36,630 nt of DNA from an uncultured bacterium (GTDB taxonomy: Bacteria > Hinthialibacterota > Hinthialibacteria > Hinthialibacterales > Hinthialibacteraceae). Position 1 is the first letter of the stretch; the number at the start of each line of letters is the position of its first letter. The stretch is from the NCBI GenBank assembly GCA_964449065.1, contig CAYVAZ010000010.1, positions 1 to 36,630 on the forward strand, read 5' to 3'. The notes under the pieces are model-generated. The model searched no databases. It was not told the origin of the DNA and saw only the letters and a list, made by a program, of their open reading frames with translations. The translations under genes were made by a program, and so were the position numbers. This document shows positions 29,607 through 36,630 of the stretch, piece by piece.

Positions 29607-30472
29607 GGCAGCAAGTCCTGAAGCGGCGGCATGGTTGGAATCTCAACCGTGGGATGAAGAATGGCGGCAAAATACTCCACCGCGTTGACAAACGCCGTTA
29701 AACTGGGCTGCGACAATTCCGAAGCATCGGTTTGGTGAACGATTGCATCTTGCAATTGCGGGTACTCACGGTATTTGTAAACACGGTCGTCATCAAACAG
29801 GGAATGGGTTAAGATAAATATGGCATCGGGTTTTTGGGCGATGACAGATTCCATTGAGGTTTTAGGATACGCTATTAGGGCATCCGCAAAGATGTTGTTC
29901 CCTCCCGCCATATCTACAACATGATGGATAAACCCCAGTCTGGAAACGGTGGTCAATGGCTGGTGCCAAACTTCGACAAACACACGTTTTCGTCCTTGGT
30001 CTTTTACTAATCTTTGGATGTTACGCAGATGGTTTGTAACACGCTTAATTAGCGATTTTGCACTCGCGCTACGGTTCGTGATTTCAGCGACTTTTTCGAC
30101 ATCCCGAATGATATCTTCTAATGATTGAGATGGCCCCAAACGCACCAAGGGCAATCCTACCGATTCGATCTTATCCAACGTCTCCACCCGGTTTGATTCT
30201 ACATTGCCTAACACCAATGTTGGTTTCAGCGTGGTAATGAACTCGATATTGGGGTGCGTTATGGTTCCGGTCACAACAGCCTTGGATGCGTTTTTAGGCA
30301 AAACACAATATTTTGTGATTCCCAATAAGAATTCGCCCAACCCTAGATCGCGGACAATCGCTGTGTTGGATGGCGCCAACGATACTATGCGGATCGCTTC
30401 TGAATTTGCAGTTGCACTCAAAGCGCACACCAACCAAATAAGCATCCATTGCCATAAATAATTTCGTTTCAT
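29603..30472 (-). CDS. btuF: Periplasmic cobalamin-binding protein
   Basis: Signal peptide, RIVSLAPSNT, GITKYC, PNIEFI, AGGNNIF and ESVIAQKPD. The 2nd Cys of the E. coli-type disulfide is not obvious. Confidence 0.85.
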   Translation of the reverse strand: MKRNYLWQWMLIWLVCALSATANSEAIRIVSLAPSNTAIVRDLGLGEFLLGITKYCVLPKNASKAVVTGTITHPNIEFITTLKPTLVLGNVESNRVETLDKIESVGLPLVRLGPSQSLEDIIRDVEKVAEITNRSASAKSLIKRVTNHLRNIQRLVKDQGRKRVFVEVWHQPLTTVSRLGFIHHVVDMAGGNNIFADALIAYPKTSMESVIAQKPDAIFILTHSLFDDDRVYKYREYPQLQDAIVHQTDASELSQPSLTAFVNAVEYFAAILHPTVEIPTMPPLQDLLP

Positions 30473-30481
30473 TTCGAATAC

Positions 30482-31168
30482 CTACTTTTCTTTCTTTTGC
30501 TCCCATCGATTTACATAGCAAAGGTCATGAAGTGGAATCTTTTGTCTCCACCCTTTTTGTTCTAACTCCGGTATGGAGAAAAAAACTTTGGGATATCCCA
30601 CACATAAGTACGCAATCAATTGAATCGATTTTGGAATATGGAGAATTGATTTCACAATATCGGGTTCCAAAATACTGACCCAGCCGACACCGATGTTTTC
30701 TGCCCGTGCCGCCAACCACAAATTTTGGATCGCGCAACATACACTAAAAAGTCCGGTTTCGGGCATGGTATTTCTGCCCAGCACATGGGGGCCGCCCCGT
30801 TTTGGATTATAGGTAACCACAATGTTGAGCGGAGACTCTACTATCCCTTCTAACTTCAATGAATCATACAATGCTCGTTTCTCTTCCGAATAATGCTGTG
30901 CGGCAAGTGAATTTTGCTGCTGAACGTGTTCAGCGATTTTTTCGCGCATGCATTGATCCTGAATCAAGATAAAGTTCCAAGGCTGCATGTACCCCACAGA
31001 GGGCGCCGCATGAGCGGCGTTGAGAATGCGAAGCAGCACTTCTTCCGGGATACATTCAGGACGAAACTGCCGCACATCTCTTCTGTGATGAATAACGTCA
31101 TAAAGTGACTGTCTTTCATCTTTACAAAATCGTTTATGGGTTTGCAATGTGGGTTTCTTGTTCATCAT
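30482..31168 (-). CDS. bluB: 5,6-dimethylbenzimidazole synthase
   Basis: RRDVRQF, APSVGYMQPWNF, LKLEGI, HVLGR and AIQNLWLAARAENIGVGWVSI. Confidence 0.93.
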   Translation of the reverse strand: MMNKKPTLQTHKRFCKDERQSLYDVIHHRRDVRQFRPECIPEEVLLRILNAAHAAPSVGYMQPWNFILIQDQCMREKIAEHVQQQNSLAAQHYSEEKRALYDSLKLEGIVESPLNIVVTYNPKRGGPHVLGRNTMPETGLFSVCCAIQNLWLAARAENIGVGWVSILEPDIVKSILHIPKSIQLIAYLCVGYPKVFFSIPELEQKGWRQKIPLHDLCYVNRWEQKKEK

Positions 31169-32657
31169 TTATTTCCGCTAAAATTGTGTTCATGTTGATA
31201 TGCATTTGTATTGTGGTTGCCAAGAGTTCATATACATCCTTCTCCGGTGTTGAAACGGTTTCTGTCATGCCAAAATGCTGTGCGATATGGTTTCGAAAAT
31301 GGATGGAATCGAAAATACCGTGAACGTACGTTCCCCATACCAACCCGTCTTCAGAAATCATCCCTTCTTTTCTAAAGCAAGATACCGACTGTTCTTGTTG
31401 AATTTCAATCAATGGCTGCGCAACCGATGAAACGGTTCGTCCGCAATGAATTTCATACCCACGAATTTCTTTCCCGTTTGGAATGAAGGTTCCGATTATG
31501 TTTTGGGTAATCTTTTTCGGTAAAAGGGTGGTCTCGGCATTCAACAACCCCATCCCTTCGCACGAGCCTATATTGGATTCCACACCGTATGGGTCTTGTA
31601 CAACTGTGCCCAGCATTTGATAGCCGCCGCAAATTCCCAAAATTAACTTTCCTTTGGTGTTTTGATGAATAAGATAGGAATCCATACCTTTGTTCTTGAG
31701 TTGAACCAAATCTTCTATTACATTCTTTGAACCCGGTAAAATATAAAACGCTTTTTCTTCATCGGATGGTTCATACAACAAATCGACATCAAAGCGGGGG
31801 TCGGCAATCAGTGCTTCCACATCGGTGCTGTTTGAAATATGCGGTGTCATGATGACACCAACACGGATGACGTTGCGCTCCCGTTTTTGACCGGCTTGTA
31901 TTCTTCTAGCTTGAAACGAAGCCCCATCTTCATCGGGCAGGTGATGGTTTTCGATATAGGGAAGTACACCCAATACCGGAATGCCTGAACGTTCTTCCAA
32001 AATCCGGACACCGTCTTCGAACAATTCAGGCGTACCCCGAAATTTATTCACAACCAGACCAATGATTCTCGACCGTGCTTCATGGCTCAATAAATCAAGC
32101 GATCCTAAAAGCGACGCGAACACACCGCCACGTTCGATATCTCCGATTAAGATAACCTTTGCGTTTGCATAGTCTGTAATCCATTCATTGGCTAAATCGC
32201 GGTGACGAAGGTTGAGTTCCGCGCACCCGCCTGCGCCTTCGATCAATACCACATCATGCCGCGAAGCCAAACGGTCATACGAATCCGCAATCAACCGTTT
32301 GAATTCATCCAACCGTGTGATTCCGAAATCGGAGCCAATGGAGCCTTTTACTTTGCCTTGCAGCACGACTTGAGATTGCTTCTCGCCGGTTGGTTTTAAC
32401 AGCAAAGGATTGAGATCATTGGTTACGGCAACACGGCAGGCTTCTGCCTGGCACGCTTGCGCCCGTCCAATCTCTCCCCCTTCTTCTGTCACGGCAGAGT
32501 TATTCGACATGTTCTGCGCTTTAAATGGAGCGACACTATATCCTCGGTTTGAGAGAACCCTCCCCAATCCAGCGCAGAACAAACTCTTGCCGACATGTGA
32601 AGACGTTCCCCATACGCTAATTGCTGTTGCTCGATGTGAATTCTGTTGATGCTTCAT
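31134..32657 (-). CDS. cobQ: Cobyric acid synthase (CobQ/CbiP)
   Basis: GTSSHVGKS, PFKAQNMSNNS, EGAGG, DIERGGVFA, GICGGYQMLG, GYEIH and GTYVHG. Confidence 0.96.
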   Translation of the reverse strand: MKHQQNSHRATAISVWGTSSHVGKSLFCAGLGRVLSNRGYSVAPFKAQNMSNNSAVTEEGGEIGRAQACQAEACRVAVTNDLNPLLLKPTGEKQSQVVLQGKVKGSIGSDFGITRLDEFKRLIADSYDRLASRHDVVLIEGAGGCAELNLRHRDLANEWITDYANAKVILIGDIERGGVFASLLGSLDLLSHEARSRIIGLVVNKFRGTPELFEDGVRILEERSGIPVLGVLPYIENHHLPDEDGASFQARRIQAGQKRERNVIRVGVIMTPHISNSTDVEALIADPRFDVDLLYEPSDEEKAFYILPGSKNVIEDLVQLKNKGMDSYLIHQNTKGKLILGICGGYQMLGTVVQDPYGVESNIGSCEGMGLLNAETTLLPKKITQNIIGTFIPNGKEIRGYEIHCGRTVSSVAQPLIEIQQEQSVSCFRKEGMISEDGLVWGTYVHGIFDSIHFRNHIAQHFGMTETVSTPEKDVYELLATTIQMHINMNTILAEINDEQETHIANP

Positions 32658-33244
32658 TAAAACTCAATTCCCCTTTGGGCTTTGATTCCTTGCTTGAATG
32701 GATGCTTAACCATCTGGATTTCCGAGACCAAATCCGCGAATTCTTTTAATTCTTCGGGGGCATCTCTGCCGGTGCAGATCACATGCATCCAAGACGGACG
32801 GTTTTGCAAAGTCTCCAACACGGGATCAACCGGTAGATAGTTGTAGGCAAATACATAGTTGATCTCATCCAGGATGATCAAATCATGCTGGGCGCGGATT
32901 ATCTTTTCTTCCGCGAATTTCCAGATTGATTCTGTGGTTTGAATATCTTGTTCGGGATTTTTTGTATCCCAGGTGAAACCATCCCCTAATGCATGCAGTT
33001 CGATATCCAAGGGCAAAGCGTCGCAAATCCGTTGTTCTCCGGTGGTCCATTTGCCTTTGATAAATTGAATGATGCACACCTTCCAGTTCCAACCCAGCGA
33101 ACGAAACGCCACGCCCAAGGCGGCGGATGATTTTCCTTTGCCGTTTCCGGTATTCACCAGCACCAGCCCCCGCCGCCGGGAGCGGGGAGGCTGTGCTTCA
33201 CAGGTCATTAATTCATTTAGCGTTAAACCGTTTTCTTTATTCAT
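32657..33244 (-). CDS. cobO: Cob(I)yrinic acid a,c-diamide adenosyltransferase (CobO/BtuR)
   Basis: NTGNGKGKSSAALG, QFIKG, GDGFTW, ILDEI, TGR and KHPF...AQRGIEF. Start reassigned to ATG 33244, overlapping the upstream stop. Confidence 0.95.
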   Translation of the reverse strand: MNKENGLTLNELMTCEAQPPRSRRRGLVLVNTGNGKGKSSAALGVAFRSLGWNWKVCIIQFIKGKWTTGEQRICDALPLDIELHALGDGFTWDTKNPEQDIQTTESIWKFAEEKIIRAQHDLIILDEINYVFAYNYLPVDPVLETLQNRPSWMHVICTGRDAPEELKEFADLVSEIQMVKHPFKQGIKAQRGIEF

Positions 33245-34595
33245 ATTGATTCCAATTCTGGATGGAGGATTCGATCTGCGAAGAAAGCATATACAGTTCC
33301 ACATTCCCATCCCGTTCGCTTTGCCACACCACAACCACTTCACCGCTGGGGGCAATATCGATCGCAGGCTGGCCGTCAACCGTAAGGATTTTTTCCGTCA
33401 AACGTAGTTCATCTGAAAGTTGTTGGGTTGCGGGATCATAAACACGCAGGAACAAATCGCCTTCGGTATCGCGAAAATCGGACCACACCACATATACCAT
33501 GCCGTTCGGTGCAATCGCGATATCCGCACGCTCGACAACATCCGGTGAAGCAAAGCCGGTGATGGCGATGGGAGACTCAAAGGAGTCAGCACCAGGCCCC
33601 TTTTTGGCGATATGGATGTTGTGGTTGACCCCATCGGTCCGGTCGGTCCAAACAATCCAAATATTGTCATCCTGATCTGCATAGATTTTTGGCGGATCAC
33701 CAAAAGCCCCGCCGTTCGGGCTGATTTCAACACTGCTGCTCAGCGTTCTGGATGGTGGAGAGGCAACCACGCCATAACTCAAATTGGCATCCGCATCGGT
33801 AAAACCTTTGGTCCACACCGTTTGCAATCTTCCTTGACTGTCATAGACAAAATCCGGAATCACAACTCCAAGAGTTAAATGAGGGTCAGGGGCTGGATTA
33901 CCATCCAGGTTTGCGCCTTGCACCAAACGCTCTTCAAGCGGTTCGTTCGAATCAAAAAATCCACTCTCATCAGAAAACGTGACAAGCATATCGGGTCCGG
34001 AATCTTGAAAAAAATCATACCAACCAATTGCCAATTGATTGTTCGAAAAACCGCGAATTTTGGGGCGCCATTGGTTGCCGTCATGCGATGTGATCTGCTG
34101 TTCTTTATCTTCAAACTGTCCGTTTGGCAGTAAGCGGCGGTAAAATACATCCACATTGTTTGTGCCTAAGCTGCTGGTGCTGTTGCGGTAATCATGCCAG
34201 ACAAAATGCACGCTGCCATCCGGCGCCGGGTACAACGATGGATTGCCTCCGCTGTTAAGGGGTACACGGTCACCCGTTTCGCTGCGAAACGGCAACGGTT
34301 CGCTCCATACTCCATCGCGGTGCACTTGATACAGCATGAACCCGGGTAGGCCGCTGCCGGTTCCTTCTTCATTCCGTTCGGTGTAAACCAGATGCAATGC
34401 ACCGTCATCACCAAACATCAAGCTCCCGTGTGTGTTGCGTGACAACACGGTATCAGTTTCTGATACGGTCAGCCTTACAGGATCAGTGAACGTGGGTAGT
34501 TCCGGCTGCGTGTATGCCAGAGAACCGCCAAGCAGCATTCCCATGCATAAACAGGTCATCTTTCGTGTGGATGTTCTTTGTAGGTCTTGTTTCAT
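33237..34595 (-). CDS. Secreted seven-repeat beta-propeller protein, first gene under the cobalamin riboswitch
   Basis: Start at ATG 34595 behind GAAAGGGAG (452 aa). Signal-peptide-like N-terminus, seven P-x-[IL]-x(4)-G-x-x-x-x-[VG]-[WY] repeats and C-terminal tail SSIQNWNQYE. Confidence 0.8.
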   Translation of the reverse strand: MKQDLQRTSTRKMTCLCMGMLLGGSLAYTQPELPTFTDPVRLTVSETDTVLSRNTHGSLMFGDDGALHLVYTERNEEGTGSGLPGFMLYQVHRDGVWSEPLPFRSETGDRVPLNSGGNPSLYPAPDGSVHFVWHDYRNSTSSLGTNNVDVFYRRLLPNGQFEDKEQQITSHDGNQWRPKIRGFSNNQLAIGWYDFFQDSGPDMLVTFSDESGFFDSNEPLEERLVQGANLDGNPAPDPHLTLGVVIPDFVYDSQGRLQTVWTKGFTDADANLSYGVVASPPSRTLSSSVEISPNGGAFGDPPKIYADQDDNIWIVWTDRTDGVNHNIHIAKKGPGADSFESPIAITGFASPDVVERADIAIAPNGMVYVVWSDFRDTEGDLFLRVYDPATQQLSDELRLTEKILTVDGQPAIDIAPSGEVVVVWQSERDGNVELYMLSSQIESSIQNWNQYE

Positions 34596-34874
34596 GTGAT
34601 ACTCCCTTTCTTGAATGTATTGATTATCCATAACCAGAGATGGAATGGACAATAAACGGAACCATTCGAAGAAACGGGAATAGCAACAATCCGCGATGGA
34701 AGGCGGGCAAACGTTTCGCCTGAATCGGTTGCATAGTACGTAGTAAGAAGCCATTGCGTTTCCTCGAACACAATGAACCATTAGCCAATTACAGAGCGGG
34801 TATATTTGAACGAATAGGGATAGATCTTCGTCCGTCAGCCTTCTCCGCGGTCGGCGTGTCGGTTCATGAGATTG

Positions 34875-35057
34875 ATGAAAGGCAGGTCTCCTGGCTTCTG
34901 GGCTTTGTTATTCCTACTTCCCCGCCTTCTCGCTCAAAACTAAGCAATGGCATTCGGGGTTTCGTTCCCAGTTACAGTGGCGGGACCGCGCCGGACTCAC
35001 ACCGGCTTCCCATTTTAAGTGCTTCGCTCAACAGGCATTGAACGACACACCTTTCAT
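34875..35057 (-). promoter_or_regulatory. Cobalamin (B12) riboswitch
   Basis: Minus strand: P1 ATGAAAGG/CCTTTCAT, then AAATGGGAAGCCGGTGTGAGTCCGGCGCGGTCCCGCCACTGT, GAGAAGG, and B12 box AGCCAGGAGACCTGCC. Confidence 0.96.
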
Positions 35058-36048
35058 GTGGAGAGGATAATAACAATACATACCCAATCTTGTCAACTAG
35101 AAAAGATGAAAATATGAAAATAATGAAAACAGTCATTCCAACGAAGAGGACTGATGAGATAAACATCAGTTTCCATGCTTTGGGGATATCATCCGGTTGG
35201 GCTTGTTTTCCCTGTTCATGGAGAACCGCTTTATGACTTATCACACCTTGATAGGTACTCGTTCCTCCTAAGCGAATATCCAACGCGCCCGCGAATGCGG
35301 CTTCCGCATGACCCGCATTGGGGCTGTTGTGTTTTAGCCGTTCTTTCCATCCCACCTGCCATGATTTATTTCCATTCAATTTGCCAAACACCGCGGCAAG
35401 CGGGATGATCAAGATGGACAACCGTGCCGGGATGAAATTGCATACATCATCCAACCGCGCGGATGCCCAGCCAAATTGTTTGTATCTCTCATTCTTATAT
35501 CCAATCATCGAATCCAATGTGCTGACCGCTTTAAACGCCATCGCGAGAGGCGCGCCGCCAATGGCGGCAAACACCAATGGAGAAACGATTCCATCAACGG
35601 TGCCTTCTGCCACAGTCTCTACTGCCGCGCGGGAAATTTCCGGCTCATCCAATTTATGAGTATCCCGTCCAACAACCAACGAAAGGCTTTGACGCGCGTG
35701 AAACATATCTTTCCGCCGCAGGGATTGATAAACCGGTTTGGTTTCATCATACAAACCGCGAATAGATATGCACTGATAGATCAGAAATACTTCTGCCATC
35801 CATGCCCATTCATGATGAATTGAGTTTGCCATCCATATAACAAACCATGTAAGCCAATATGCAAGCCAAGGGAGAAGAACAGCCAATCCAATACCGCTTA
35901 TCCACAATGGAACGGGTGCGTTTCGAAACGACGCTTCATACCGTTTAATAAACCACCCCATCCAACGCACGGGATGGGGCAGCCATTTCGGATCACCGAA
36001 TAGGAGATCAAGCAAAAAAGCGGTAACCAGGGTGGATATAGAAATCAT
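34972..36048 (-). CDS. cbiB: Adenosylcobinamide-phosphate synthase CbiB, with C-terminal extension into the riboswitch
   Basis: DLLFGDP...HPVRWMG, VVGRDT, ETVAEGTVDG, STLDSMIGY, ARLDDVCNFIPARL and SPNAGHAEAAFAGAL. Confidence 0.95.
   Translation of the reverse strand: MISISTLVTAFLLDLLFGDPKWLPHPVRWMGWFIKRYEASFRNAPVPLWISGIGLAVLLPWLAYWLTWFVIWMANSIHHEWAWMAEVFLIYQCISIRGLYDETKPVYQSLRRKDMFHARQSLSLVVGRDTHKLDEPEISRAAVETVAEGTVDGIVSPLVFAAIGGAPLAMAFKAVSTLDSMIGYKNERYKQFGWASARLDDVCNFIPARLSILIIPLAAVFGKLNGNKSWQVGWKERLKHNSPNAGHAEAAFAGALDIRLGGTSTYQGVISHKAVLHEQGKQAQPDDIPKAWKLMFISSVLFVGMTVFIIFIFSSFLVDKIGYVLLLSSPHERCVVQCLLSEALKMGSRCESGAVPPL
35067..35096 (-). promoter_or_regulatory. Internal sigma70-type promoter inside the cbiB 3' end, driving the riboswitch transcript
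   Basis: Minus strand TTGACA-18 nt-TATTAT with extended -10 TGn. Predicted start ~35060, immediately before riboswitch P1. Confidence 0.75.
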
Positions 36049-36630
36049 ACAGACATCTCTTTGAATTCGCTGGATTGTAGAGTCTCCAGTAGGTAGGTGT
36101 TGCTCTCATGATCTCTTGCGCCGATGCGAATATTGGATTCATCCAACCCTTCATAATTTCCACAGTTGCGAACCATGATTCCTTTTTGTGCCAAGAGCTC
36201 TTGAAACCGGTTTGCATAAATTACGTTTTCAAACGAAAGCAGAAAATAACTGGTTGCTGTTGGATGAACCTGTATGCCGTTTAGCGTTTTAAAGAAATCC
36301 ATGAGTTTTTGGGCTTGTTGTTTCCAAGTTTCTCCTACCTGATAAAAATAAGAGGAATGGTTCAGCACCCATTCACCGGCTTTTTGAGATAACCCATTCA
36401 GCGGCCATGGCGGAATGAATGACCGAATCTTAGCGGCTGTGTCGGGGTGCGCAGCCAAATAACCACAGCGCAAACCGGCTAACGCGAAAAATTTTGTTAG
36501 AGACCGCAAAACAATTAAATGTTGATGATGTAATACCGCCTGCATCATACTTTCGTTTGGGACAAACTCGATAAACGCTTCATCAACAATCAACCAGCTG
36601 TTTCGTTGTGAAACCATTTCAAGTATTTTA
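36045..36630 (-). CDS. cobD: Threonine-phosphate decarboxylase (PLP-dependent), 5' part outside window
   Basis: IVDEAFIEF, LRSLTKFFALAGLRCGY and IMVRNCGNYEGL...IRIG. The frame is open to the window edge and has an ATGA overlap with cbiB. Confidence 0.88.
   Translation of the reverse strand, partial: KILEMVSQRNSWLIVDEAFIEFVPNESMMQAVLHHQHLIVLRSLTKFFALAGLRCGYLAAHPDTAAKIRSFIPPWPLNGLSQKAGEWVLNHSSYFYQVGETWKQQAQKLMDFFKTLNGIQVHPTATSYFLLSFENVIYANRFQELLAQKGIMVRNCGNYEGLDESNIRIGARDHESNTYLLETLQSSEFKEMSV

Noticed and set aside
33245..33379. 45-aa N-terminal extension of cobO
   Set aside because: It overlaps the propeller gene in another frame. ATG 33244 gives normal length and translational coupling.
34596..34781. 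62-aa N-terminal extension of the beta-propeller ORF in the track
   Set aside because: It lies in the riboswitch leader. The strong RBS and signal peptide point to ATG 34595.
34754..35041. 95-aa plus-strand ORF over the riboswitch
   Set aside because: It is the antisense shadow of the cobalamin riboswitch (RQVSWL, YSGGTAPDSHRLP).

Overview
Bacterial chromosomal window (roughly mid-40s % GC by eye; one 100-N assembly gap at 9586-9685). It contains housekeeping genes (tpiA, eno-ftsB, two HU/IHF paralogues, tatD, hspQ), initiator tRNA-fMet, tmRNA, several signalling proteins (two histidine kinases, an HDOD protein and an apparent pseudo-kinase), three acidic secreted proteins and decayed toxin-antitoxin sequence on both sides of tpiA. 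An ~11-kb minus-strand cobamide salvage/completion cluster occupies the right end (cobD-cbiB-[promoter + cobalamin riboswitch]-beta-propeller-cobO-cobQ-bluB-btuFCD-cobU-cobT-cobS). The strongest candidate for an undescribed system is the first gene under the B12 riboswitch, a secreted seven-repeat beta-propeller in the position where btuB often sits. It may be a new cobamide-capture protein. It shares a short extreme C-terminal motif, S-x-[VI]-x-[DN]-W-x(3,4)-stop, with an unrelated secreted protein 33 kb away, which suggests a lineage-specific C-terminal sorting signal. The cbiB reading frame also runs through the internal promoter and into the riboswitch aptamer. I found no CRISPR array, integrase or transposase. 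All family calls come from reading motifs by eye, not from database searches.
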